A stretch of 63,145 nt of DNA, counting the filler, from Perkinsus chesapeaki ATCC PRA-425 (lineage: Eukaryota; Protista; Perkinsozoa): assembly GCA_013115145.1 (NCBI GenBank). It is 7 parts of 7 records of this genome, joined end to end, with 100 filler letters (N's around TTAATTAATTAA, not from the genome) between each part and the next. Parts side by side here need not be neighbours in the genome. Positions count along the whole stretch, not along the records: positions 21,278 to 52,058 come from JAAPAO010000432.1; positions 52,159 to 54,689 come from JAAPAO010001585.1; positions 54,790 to 57,513 come from JAAPAO010001531.1; positions 57,614 to 59,250 come from JAAPAO010001850.1; positions 59,351 to 63,145 come from JAAPAO010001355.1; 2 more parts are not named here. One strand, given 5' to 3'. How positions within the stretch are numbered: the first letter of the stretch is position 1; the number at the start of each line of letters is the position of its first letter. Shown here in pieces: positions 48,739-59,810 of the stretch. The notes under the pieces are model-generated. The model saw only the letters and a list, made by a program, of their open reading frames with translations, had not been told where the DNA came from and ran no database searches. The translations under genes were made by a program, and so were the position numbers.

Positions 48739-49052
48739 ATAGATGGATTAACAATATATCTGAAGGAAACTATAAGTAGTATTATTATTGTCATATTCAT
48801 ATGTGACAAGAACAACAATTTACAGTATTATAAAAACAAGCAGCACATGCTTTTAGTATTAATCGTTTTATTATTGGTAAACATGGTCCATCACATTATG
48901 GTAAATGGTGGACAAGACGGTTTAGGTAATATTAAGATCAATAATGATAATGATAATACTATTTTAGACATAATCGTGGATGTCGAGGTGCGTTTGGTAC
49001 AAGATATGTAAATGATAATGCATTACGTTATCAATCTATGAGACATGGTTAA
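48739..49052 (+). CDS. Small basic multi-exon hypothetical protein
   Basis: Spliced exons give AHAFSINRFIIGKHGPSHYGKWWTRRFR|HNRGCRGAFGTRYVNDNALRYQSMRHG*; the 5' end is uncertain. Confidence 0.5.
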
Positions 49053-49819
49053 TGATTATCTTATTTGTTTCTGTAATAATAATGATAAATATTAAGTTAT
49101 AATAATAACAATAATTAACTGATCCATCAATCAGCTGGTACACGGATCATCTCGTATTGTTTGGACGAGACATAGTATTATCAGATTACCGCGTAGCCGG
49201 CGGTGGCGGTAATCACCTTGATCGGCTGTTGTCGTTTTTATTAAGGACACTCCAGCTTTTTCCAAGCTTACTATCATGTATTTTTCCTTTTCCTGTGAAT
49301 AATATACGTAACACCTCTAAGTTCGGGTAGGTAAACGACTCCGGGTGAGTGAACTTTTCAACAGGTACTAGAAAAGCAACATGTATAAAAAACAAAACAC
49401 AAAGTTAACATAAGATCCAACATTAAAAATGTTACAACAGTACTACAGCATTTCCCGGTTACACAAACCCCCAAACCGAAAAGATGTTGTAATGGCAAAT
49501 CTCCGGTTTATTCGCCTCAATCATCATTCCACAGTGTATGCACATATATGCATCACGAACATCCAACAAATACACGGATTCAGCACAACGTAAACGATGA
49601 ACCACGGAGCTAATACGGCTAATACAGGATTTGGAAGCTTAATGCTTCGCCATAGCAAGTTGCAACTCATTGTTGAGCTGAATCAAAGGGGTCACCACTC
49701 TATGCCCCTTTCGGCCCGCAACTGGTGCGGGCCGAAAGTATTCAGGACTAGACATAGTCCTGTAGACAGCGAAAGTAGACAGTAGACTTTCAGCTCCTCA
49801 CCCTCCCATGAACTCAAAA

Positions 49820-49892
49820 TACTCCGGGTCAGACTCGAACCGATAACTTTACCCAGGGCAGAATGCCCTTATACCACTACAGCAATCCGAGT
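49820..49892 (-). tRNA. Degenerate tRNA-like sequence (Pro-like pseudo-tRNA or SINE head)
   Basis: A-box TGTAGTGGTA, B-box GGTTCGAGTC, partly paired acceptor ends and a damaged anticodon arm (TCTGCCCTGGGT). Confidence 0.45.
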
Positions 49893-49908
49893 ACACAATT
49901 CAATGTCG

Positions 49909-50035
49909 CATTGACTCAATATTGATCCCCCAAAAAGCGCTAATCGCTCCGCCGGACAGACAAATTTTGCCAGTTATGTCGCCTCTGGGAATTGAACGCT
50001 CAACCTCTGGATTGACAAACTAGTGATCTCCCTAC
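49909..50035 (-). mobile_element. tRNA-derived (SINE-like) repeat, copy 2
   Basis: Inverted near-identical match to 31536-31662. Confidence 0.55.
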
Positions 50036-50343
50036 TCGTCGCGTCTTCCGGCACGGAAACAGCTTAAAAATCTTTTGTTCGAGTCTCAGCTGTCCGACTT
50101 GGATTTATGGGTAATCGAGGTCGTAGAATTCGACAGAAAAGGAAATAAGGCGAAATTCGATCTGGCTGGCGAAGAATTTACCCGCCTTTGGCGCGCATTT
50201 CTATATGACACGTCCTGTAGAGATCTGCACTGATCAGTCAAGCATTTCTTTGACGATTTTGCGCTGTTTGTGTTACAAAGCTTTTTGTCCCGTAGCTTCT
50301 GTTCACTCACCACTGTATTGTCTCCTTACCCTTACTGATTATT

Positions 50344-50460
50344 GGGGTACCTCGGTTCGTACACTTTTGTTTCGTACATGCTCGTTTCATACACTTTTTC
50401 AGATCTTTTCGTACACATCTGCTTCGTATATGCTCGTTTCATACACGTTTCCCCGTTTGC
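50344..50460. mobile_element. Left end of a GTACAC-array element
   Basis: GGGGTACCTCGGTTCGTACAC followed by TTTC(G/A)TACAC motifs; mirror of 23140-23366. Confidence 0.55.
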
Positions 50461-50655
50461 GCATTTTTTGGCCATATGTGGCAAAAAAATACCGGTCCAG
50501 GGAGAGTGACTAACAGCTACTGTATTATTGATATCATAAGCTAATAGCCACGATGCCACTTCTTGCGGTACCAAATTACCGTCATCACAACAGCGTACAT
50601 ATCTAGGACAGCCACATAGACTAAAGGCATAAATATACGCATACATGAAGACTCT

Positions 50656-51700
50656 TCATTGAAGAGCGGTCATGATACATGAAGAGTCTACCGGTTCGGA
50701 AAGCGGAAGCAAAACAGTGAAGCCGGTATAAGCACAGGTTACAGTAAGTATTTCAGACCAATGGAGATTGAACTCCGCCTCAAGCTCTCGACCCAACATA
50801 GATATATCAGATCGCACAGCAAACCATGGCAAAGGAACTTGTAGAGGTCTTGAACTTGTCTTGGAACTTGTCTTGACCACCAAAAAGCTTGCTGTATCAT
50901 TCCACACAAGAGCCGATACACAAAGAATCGAAAATTCGTGAAACTCATTCATTATGGTCATACACAGGTCAGCATAGTCAGGCCAAACAGCTTGTTTTAT
51001 GACGGGCCTATCAGCACGCCTTCTACCCTTGTGAAATAAGCAATCTTTCTCTATGCAGAACTCTCGGGCTTCTTTGCGATCTTCAAGACAAGCTTCTCGG
51101 ATCTCCTGCCACTGTTCATCATTCTTTTGCTGAACAGGTAACCATACCAGCGCCTCCGGGTAAGTCGGTTCCAGAGAAAGAGACCAACAAAGACATACTC
51201 TTATCATTGGGGATAGTGTAATGATGCATTATCTCATTCACCTCCTTTTCGATATGGGGGTCGACATCGAGCTTTGTCTGGGGCACCTCCGCGACTAAAA
51301 CTTCGACGCCATTATCAGCTTCTTGTTTGGCCAACTTCCGGCCCGACAAATCAACCCACTTTAAGGCATCGACTTCTCTCGGCACCCATAAGCATCGATC
51401 CACATAAGGCTCAAGAAGCTTCCAATGCTTTGTCCATAGACCAGCATAGGGTTCGGCAGTATAACCAAAATCTCCTTGAACGTATTTGCACGTCTTACAT
51501 AAATTGGCATTATCATCCAAGCTAATAATCTTGTTGCCTCGCGAGGCATCTGGATTATCAGACACCATCGTTCACATCAGTTCAGCTCCTCGTTCACGCC
51601 ATGCAGAGCTTCGAAGCTGCTCTCTCTTTTTTCAAATGCCACCGCAAAGTCGAACTGATAGAGTCCTGTAGACCCGACCATTCTCCGGTGTGGGCAATAA
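50656..51700 (-). mobile_element. Decayed LTR retrotransposon pol relic (RNase H end to integrase core)
   Basis: DNPDASRG (end of RNase H), a VQQKND..W linker, FHE, and LTVTCAYTGF integrase strand; frameshifts. Confidence 0.65.
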
Positions 51701-51864
51701 GACACCCCCCGGACCAATCTTATAAATTCATTCCTCTAGTTTGGAGAACAGAGAGGGACAGGCGGTCGAGGCATTGACAAGAACGATTGAGGATCATATC
51801 GTACAGTGCAAGCTCGCAGAGTGCCTATTCGTGTAGCCCTTTTCCCGGATAAGGCAAATATATA

Positions 51865-51985
51865 GGTGTATAACAATTGGTACACATAAATCACGTACCC
51901 ATAAAACTCGTACACAGAATTTTTGACCTTTAACTGGTACACCAAATTCCCGTACACTCAAATCTCTGTCGACGAAATGTGATAC
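51865..51985. mobile_element. Truncated copy of the 31268 GTACAC element
   Basis: About 90% identity; stops abruptly where CAGAGCTCTG begins. Confidence 0.7.
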
Positions 51986-52058
51986 CAGAGCTCTGCATTC
52001 GGGTCCCGACATCGTCGGGACCCGAGGTCCGACCCGAGCCCGATCGGGTTTCGGGCCT
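51986..52058. mobile_element. Terminus of a hAT-like element (CAG... start, CCGA/TCGG subterminal motifs), cut by the linker
   Basis: CAGAGCTCTGCA start at an insertion junction; repeated CCCGA/TCGGG; 12-bp hairpin 51999-52025. Confidence 0.45.
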
Positions 52059-52841
52059 NNNNNNNNNNNNNNNNNNNNNNNNNNNNNNNNNNNNNNNNNN
52101 NNTTAATTAATTAANNNNNNNNNNNNNNNNNNNNNNNNNNNNNNNNNNNNNNNNNNNNTGGCGCCTCGCACCGAACGCACTCACAATTGAGCCTCGTCTC
52201 ATTTTACCACACTGCCTAGCGTTATAGTGCATACCGCGAGTAGAGCTGATACTATCAGTTGATGAACTCTTGAGAACAACTGTTACTCCTTTGTTGTGTA
52301 ACGCAACGAGTAATCAATACTACAGCCCCGGGGCTGTATCTAGGAGCGCACAATCTGCACTTAACTTATACACGCATGCACAGTCTTTGTGCGCAACTCA
52401 TTAATATTGTGCTCCGAAGCTGTAGAAGGAATGGCGAAGGTTTAATACAATGGGCAACGCTTCAGGACATAACAAGTAATGGGAAAATCAGCAGTATAGC
52501 GAGATAGTAAACAATCTGGACCCAGTGGGATTGTGGCACAATATCAGCTTGGCAACGCTTGCGTCGCCCCATTCGCAAACCTGCTGTCTGCACCTTCATC
52601 TTCTAATCGTTGATGACTTCGAGGGCACCGGGATCACTTAGTAGGATTAGACGGTTGCGGAAAACCACTAATCATCTCGCATAACTCGTTATCTGTTTAC
52701 AGAGGACGTGGTAGCCAGAAATCCTGTTGTTTCGCAAACGAACAATCCGCTCCACAGGCGCCGCGCCATGGTCGCCGTTTCGAGCATATGTTATTAACAT
52801 AACGTTATTGCATATTCCTTTGAGGGAATAAAACGTCGGAA

Positions 52842-53270
52842 TTGGCAGTTATTTCAAATAACTTATTTGCAAACATGAACGCCATGTTTATTATCGCCGC
52901 GGTCATTGGCCAGACCATTTCAGCTCCAATATATCTCACTGACAAATATGTTCGCTGTTTATCGTTTACCAATGCAGTAGTCTACAGTATCCAGTTCTTT
53001 GATAATCGTACGATGGAATTAATAAGTAGAAGAGAAGGCCTGCCGGATAAGAAATATAAATGTGTATATAGACTGCAAGAAGTCCAAGATTATATCCAAG
53101 CCATCGTTGGTGGTAAAGAATGCAACGACTTGATAAGATCGTATCCACAAATTCTGGACGACACTTTTCTGAGTATGAGAGTGATAGAGACCGATGCAGG
53201 GCGTCGTCTTGTTGTGATGCAAAAGGGAGACAGGGTGTTCTACAGACTCCCCCTCGCACCAGAATGCTAG
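52842..53270 (+). CDS. Small secreted protein, intronless
   Basis: MNAMFIIAAVIGQTISA signal-like leader, about 130-aa mature part with Cys residues. Confidence 0.7.
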   Translation: MAVISNNLFANMNAMFIIAAVIGQTISAPIYLTDKYVRCLSFTNAVVYSIQFFDNRTMELISRREGLPDKKYKCVYRLQEVQDYIQAIVGGKECNDLIRSYPQILDDTFLSMRVIETDAGRRLVVMQKGDRVFYRLPLAPEC

Positions 53271-53751
53271 TCTATCTTAATCATTAAGACTTAATGATGG
53301 CACCATTAATAGAGATGAAGCGCCTCAACATCCCTCTTGTCAGACAAGACTTGTCTCGACGATCTCAAGTTAAGGTTCTTGGGTCAGATTCTGAATCACC
53401 TCAGCTAGACAATGCATTGCCTTTAATACCAATATTGCTAACTAGTACTAATACTTTAATTCTTGAATATTCTTGAGCTGTGACATTTGCCCATCGTAGC
53501 TTTTCCGTCATATATTAGTCTTTGCTGTGCAGGGCTGCTTTGTGCGCCACTAGATGTAGGCAAGTTGTGTGTCACAATGTCAATGTCAGCCTAATTCTCT
53601 TGTCTGACGATTAAGATCGATTAAGATGGAGTGCGCTTACCGTTGTAGCGTGAGTGATTACTCCCACAGTTGTACGTATGTACACAATTATACTCGTCTA
53701 AATACGGCCTGTTGCGCTCCTAGTACGCGGACGGCTAACTGAACTACTATC

Positions 53752-53880
53752 ATTGGTGCCCAGACCCAGGGTTGACGCCGTTCAAGTTAGAGTCAAGGTT
53801 AGAGCCTTTCGCTGGCGACAAGGACGTCGCCCTTTGGTTACGTGAATTTGAGACGGTCGCGGCCGCAAGTCGTTGGACTG
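53752..53880 (+). mobile_element. PBS + gag N-terminus relic of an LTR retrotransposon
   Basis: ...CA-T-TGGTGCCC (PBS-like) followed by LEPFAGDKDVALWLREFETVAAASRWT, a typical gag start. Confidence 0.6.
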
Positions 53881-54047
53881 TGTTATGATTGTAGGTCCTT
53901 TGGATGCGGCCGATACGTTCTAAGTTTGTGTTGCTTGATGTCCCATTATGTCTGTGTAAACTGTCCCACTTAAGCTTGCTCCGTTTATGAAGCTAGTGGA
54001 TCGAGTGTAATCATATACGAATTACGTCAAGTTTTATTTATTTCAAT

Positions 54048-54548
54048 ATGACCAATCTTTTGAGTTCCAGCGCAAACGGTACGGATCACAACAACAATGG
54101 TACCCTTCCGCAGGATGTGACCGCTACCTATGAGCCTTCTGTTGTCCCCTTGCCTGGTTCGACAACACGAAGCTGTGCCCCTGAAGTGGCCATCGATGCT
54201 GGAACGGCCCGCCGTATTTTGTCCGAGGTTTTCAAAGTGGAGCACGGTCTATTGGTATTTATGACTCCTGATGAAGTGAATACTTTTATCAACTCGGTTG
54301 AGGACTTGCCAACACGCCTGGCTCTCCGGCGTTGCTGGGCAGTGGTGTCTGCCGAAGGTCCTGTGCGTGGACTTGATAAGAAGCTGTCGTCTAAGGTTCC
54401 GCCGGCGGTAGCTGGCCCAACCTATCATGCTGAGCTCCCTGTTGGTTCTAGGCGGAGACCTGCAAGTACAGTCTCTTTTGATCATCTGTATGCTGACTCT
54501 CAAGGTCAACACAGTGATATCAAGACGATGACTGCTATTGGTTACTAA
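54048..54548 (+). CDS. Hypothetical ORF, possibly TE-derived
   Basis: 166-aa open frame; no motif recognised. Confidence 0.35.
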   Translation: MTNLLSSSANGTDHNNNGTLPQDVTATYEPSVVPLPGSTTRSCAPEVAIDAGTARRILSEVFKVEHGLLVFMTPDEVNTFINSVEDLPTRLALRRCWAVVSAEGPVRGLDKKLSSKVPPAVAGPTYHAELPVGSRRRPASTVSFDHLYADSQGQHSDIKTMTAIGY

Positions 54549-54789
54549 CCAATAGCAGTTACTAACCAATGGTTAGCTTCCCGTACCAGAGGACCAGCCT
54601 TTCCAAGGTCCTTGGACCAAGGAAGAGATGATCAACGAAGTGTTGCTTACTTCTGTCGAGAGTTGGCGTTGACTGGTCAACTCTATGCTNNNNNNNNNNN
54701 NNNNNNNNNNNNNNNNNNNNNNNNNNNNNNNNNTTAATTAATTAANNNNNNNNNNNNNNNNNNNNNNNNNNNNNNNNNNNNNNNNNNNN

Positions 54790-55957
54790 CAGAAAATAAT
54801 GGTTGTGACATAACCATATATTCAACACCAAGAGCAACAAGTAATGATGCTGCACCACATAACGAACCAATACAGAATCTTACCAAAACAGATGGCATTA
54901 AATTATACTTTTTAAGCAATGGGAATAGAACTGTATCAACCAATACACTAGTAATAACAACAGCAATTGGATCAACATTTTGCATCATCTGTGCTGGCAT
55001 ATTCCAACCAAATAGATTAGTATCCATTTTCTTACCTTGGGTTAAAAATGCAGTTGTCATATTATTATATGCCATAACAAATGGTATAATGAGGGAAAAT
55101 AAAGGCACTAAACGGAATAATGCCTTCGCATCCTCAATAAAACCATCCTTAAAACGACCACCATTAGAAGCCTTATTCTTTTCCATAGAACATCTTGTCA
55201 ATGAAAAGAATATAACTTTAAGAATCTCCAATACTGCAGAACCTTGCGGTTTTGGTTTAACATAACGACCCATCATATTACCAACAATAAATACAATTGT
55301 AGCAATTATAAAGGCAACCAAAGGGAATAAAAAGCTTGCAGTAAACGATACAGATTCCACAAGAATTGGTGTAACAATACCGCCAACAATAGAACCAAGA
55401 TTTATAGAAGCATAAAAATAAGTGTAATATCTTGTAATAAGATCTTTATGCTCTTGAGGATGAAATTGTTGAGCACCCATAACATTTACACAACTTTTAA
55501 TACCACCAGCACCAAATGCAATGAGGAATAAAAGTGATAAATGTATCATCCATGGTTGACTTATTGAATGTATTGTTGAAAGTGTTAATAAAGCCAAACC
55601 AGCCATATATACGAATGAGAATACTAATATAGTTAAATATAAGCCAAGTATAGTATCCGATATAACAGCTGATAATAATGGTGTAACATATAATATAGCA
55701 TTAAATGTTGATATATAAGAATTGGCTGATGCATCATCAACCCCAAGATACTCCTTCAAGAATATTTGAAGGTTTGGCGTTAAACCATAGAAAGCCAGCC
55801 GTTCACATAGTTCTTGCAATAGAACAAATAACACGGCTTTTGCCATTGGATGCTTGTAGTAGTGATAAACATTACCAGATACATCAGTCCAGGTATAAGG
55901 CCTTTCACTATTCATAGGAGTATTAGGAGATGGGGTTGGTGAGGAGGTGATAGTCAT
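54790..55957 (-). CDS. POT/PTR2 proton-dependent oligopeptide transporter (3' end lost at the linker)
   Basis: QELCERLAFYG (ExxERFxYY), GAGGIKSCVNVMGAQQF (PTR2 signature), FYASINLGS; multiple TM helices; intronless over the visible part. Confidence 0.95.
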
Positions 55958-57728
55958 CTAGAGTAATAACTTATATTTGAATGATGATTATTTTTGCTAG
56001 CATAATTGACGCTAGATTGAGACACTTAGTCCTATTCATTATTCAATCACAATTGTCTCCATTGAGTGGAAGGGGACAATCCTTCAAGCTAGCTCAAACC
56101 AATCAATAATGAGGGGGAATCGGGCCGAGGGGACACCAGTACGTGGCGAAATAAGCACGTCGACTCGTGGTGAAGCTGTAAGTCATAGGACTATGCACCA
56201 TTTGATGATGTAGCTCTACTAGTAACGAGTGATACTAGTTAATAGGCTGTACCGTGTATTTGATAAGAGCCTAATTGTATGCCATAACCGAATAATGACG
56301 CCGTAGACACGTAGAGCTATCGGATGAGATGCAAATATCTAACCCAAAAAATGTCTCCACAAATGTCTTTTTATAGGCGTAGCGTTCGCATGGCATCAGA
56401 CTACGCATGACAATGCAAGGTGTAAGCGTATAGATGAGTTGTTGCCGGATAAGGTTGAACGAATCCATCCCTATAGTTGCCCATGAACGTATTTCACTTT
56501 TTTATGTGTAGCACAAGATATTGTGTGGAGCATGAAATAGCGACTACATTCCGAGGACTGCTACAGTTTTTTTGGGGCTAGGACAGATTCACCGTCGAGT
56601 TGGGTGTATCTCGCTCGTCCTAGTGCGCTGCGAGATATCCAGCCGTTGCTCACGAGTTGCAATGCCGTTGGCTTCAACTCTTGCGGCTAGCTTAAGAAAG
56701 AGCACAGATGGTAAGGCATCATTAGGCGCCATCCGCTTAATTTCTTTGCTCCGGTTTCGGAAGGTGTCAGTGTCGCCTGCCACGCCGAATCGACACCTGT
56801 AAAGTCCTGTGACTATTGTCATGTACAGTGGCAGCACACTGGCATATGATGAGCAAACGGTGCTCACCCCATGACTTACACCACCTGTCTCGTCTTCTCT
56901 CTCACTCCTCGGAAAAGTAGCGGTTTTACCGAGTAAAATTTACACCTCCCACGGAAAATGAGATATAAAACACATCACGTCAAGTCGTTAAAGACTATTT
57001 CACCGCGGAGGCATTATGAAGGGTCATAATTTATATAATATCATACTTTTGGGCATGGCACCTGATGAAGGACCTGATGAAAGGGTGCTGTTATAGGGAA
57101 AGCAATTCAACATTGTAACTCCTCTTGAGGCCACAGAAGACCAAACAGAAGTAGACTTACGATGACGCAACATAGTTGTTTCCTGGAACGTTTAATCTAC
57201 TAGAAATATGAAATGTAGTAGGATATCGCATAAGCCGAACTCTTTGCAGGAAAGCTACAAGTATACAATCAACATCACACCAATATAAATTTTTGAGATA
57301 GAAGGGGTTTGGATAGAGCCACGCAATGAGCGAGAGCGAGAGCATGGCGTGTAATTGTATAGTGTTTGTGGTACATGTGTTGGCATATCATATTCCACAC
57401 CAGATATCCAAACTGCGTTAACCTAAACACTCACGGTTAAAGGGTACTTGGATCGATTAGTGCAGAGTCCTTCGTACGTGAATGCATCTTCCAAGAAAAT
57501 ATAAAAAGGCACCNNNNNNNNNNNNNNNNNNNNNNNNNNNNNNNNNNNNNNNNNNNNTTAATTAATTAANNNNNNNNNNNNNNNNNNNNNNNNNNNNNNN
57601 NNNNNNNNNNNNNTAAGGTGTTGTCGTATTAGATTATTAATAGTGTTGAATTCGCCTGAGCGAGATCGATTCACTAAGTGCCTGCTTCAGAGTACTAACT
57701 CTACTACCGAAGTCTCAAAAGACACCAA

Positions 57729-58337
57729 CATGGCTAACGCTACCAATACTGGGAAAGGCAATATCAACACACGGCCAGCCGGTGATGGGAAAGTTTCCGG
57801 AGGGCAATCACCGCCGCAGTCCGAAGTATGTCATATCGGATCTAGGCTACAGTATCTTTATTCCTAGGTTTTTTTTCAGGGAGACCTGGTTCGTCTTGGG
57901 CAAGTATCAGTTCGAATTACTGAAAAATCTGGTAGCCTGGCGCATTTGATGGGGCCGAACTACTGGCGTTGCTCATCTCAGGCAGACGAGGTATCCGGTT
58001 CGAGAGTGAGTCTAAAAAAGCGAAAACTTTAAGCATCGCTTTCGCTGATGACTCGTCTTCCTACACTGTCGTTATTCCTCCTGGTGGGCACAGATCTTTC
58101 GAGATCAAGCCTAAGCACTACAACAAAGATTCTATCCTCTTAACATCTGACGTTGGTGAGCAGAAGACGCTTCCTCTCTTGTGGAAGACTCTCCCGATTT
58201 ACAGTGAACAAAATACAGCCAATGGCACGAGTGCCTTTAAGACCGTATCAGCTCCACCTAATGAGACTCCACAGAGGAAGTCTCGTCGGCTTCTGACTGC
58301 CAAGAGAACGCCGTCGCCTGACTTCGTTCCCAGGTAA
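57729..58337 (+). CDS. Possible spliced hypothetical gene or TE ORF
   Basis: Open segments separated by a GTATGT...CAG intron-like stretch; no motif recognised. Confidence 0.3.
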
Positions 58338-58875
58338 GGCGGCTATTCCTTCGTTCTTTGACAAGAACTTCTTGTACGTGGCACGAAAACACTTTGTTTC
58401 AGCAGCTTTCTCTGTTTCTCGCGAACTTGCTTTGGGGTTATGTTAGTTGGTCAATTTGGCCTTCATGCGTGCAAGCTTTTCATTAACATTGTTCCGTTAA
58501 TATTTCCGGAGCCGTGACTGGCCTTTTGCGTGCCACGAGTAGAGTATAACACTATACCTGTCGCGTGGAGTAACACAGTTAGTGATTGACTCACTGTGAG
58601 TCTCCCACGCGTGGCGCGCTACGCGCCACATATCGGCGACGTCACGCCGCACTGTCTGCGCTCCGAATTGCGCCGGGCTGCAAACAGTTGCTAAAATTGA
58701 TAAACTGCGAGCCCCAGTTTGCGGCTGCATAATATGCAGTGCATATTCTATATAATGAACCAGCGCTCACTACCAGAGGAACGTATACAGCCTGTGTAAT
58801 ACAGGATATCAGATTTACAGAGATTCTCTGTTAATGCTGTACCAGGTTTTTAGTGTCACCCACTTTCCCACTTAA

Positions 58876-59250
58876 ATGTACTACCCAAGGCGCAAGTGGC
58901 AGCATGTCATGACGTATGACATACAAGCCGATAGTAGCGACCCGTTCTGGTCGGCCCTGGTGCACTATATGCCACCTCACACTTGTAAGCAACAGTATAA
59001 TCCATCGAATCCTAATGAGATGAGGTGGGAGTGTGCTGATCATACCGGGTGTGACAGAAAGATTCGCATAGTCAAAGAGGGGGCTCAAATGAAGATTTCT
59101 GTTTCTGGTAATGTCTCCACTTGGCGGATATTGTATGGCTTGATTCACCCTCTTTTCAGGAGAACATACTGGACAGCCAAGAGACTTGAAACGAGTCCGG
59201 CTCCCGCCTCATGTCGAGCAGCATATCCTCAATGCCGCGGCTCGAGGAGA
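58876..59250 (+). mobile_element. MULE-type transposase N-terminus (WRKY/GCM1-like Zn finger), cut by the linker
   Basis: KWQHV...RWECADHTGC...ISVSG|EHTG after removing a GT...CAG intron. Confidence 0.65.
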
Positions 59251-59360
59251 NNNNNNNNNNNNNNNNNNNNNNNNNNNNNNNNNNNNNNNNNNNNTTAATT
59301 AATTAANNNNNNNNNNNNNNNNNNNNNNNNNNNNNNNNNNNNNNNNNNNNTATAATACTA

Positions 59361-59794
59361 CAGGGTGTCCCGAAAAAATGTGCCTTTTTGAATAACTTCC
59401 TCAGGAGGGCGAATATTTCGACGACACGTGCGACGTTCGAAAGCTCTCGAGAGTGACTATCTAATGGCGGAGGCTCTGCCGCAGAGGTGCTTCATTTCAG
59501 AGTATCTTTAAATTGGACATCTCACCACTGACAGCTAAAGATTATTTAATACCGCCGCTCAGCAGGGTGGTATGGGGCAACATTTACAAGGCAAAATCTG
59601 ACATTTTCCATTGAAACCGATTTTTTTTGAATTTTGTAATTCAAATTTCTCGTTAACCCAATCGAATATCATCATGGGCCGTATGGCGTTAGATAGTCAC
59701 TCTCGAGAGCTTTTGAGCGTCGCACGTGTCGTCGAAATATTCGCCTTCCTGAGGAAGTTATTCAAAAAAGCACATTTTTGGGGGGGACACCCTG
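59361..59794. mobile_element. Tc1/mariner-type MITE, 434 bp, about 105-bp TIRs, TA duplication
   Basis: TA|CAGGGTGTCCC...GGGACACCCTG|TA; the arms align in inverted orientation over about 105 bp. Confidence 0.92.
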
Positions 59795-59810
59795 TAGTTT
59801 CAACTTCGCC

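Noticed and set aside
44120-49120. Short palindromes inside the AT-rich island
   Set aside because: Expected from low complexity; not counted as scars.
2298-52380. Scattered TGCATGC(A)-like motifs
   Set aside because: Resembles a motif known from apicomplexans, but too short and too few here to support a call.
42599-58602. 16-bp identity TGACTCACTGTGAGTC at two loci as a shared regulatory site
   Set aside because: About one 16-mer pair is expected by chance in this length, and each copy is explained as an independent scar on a similar site.
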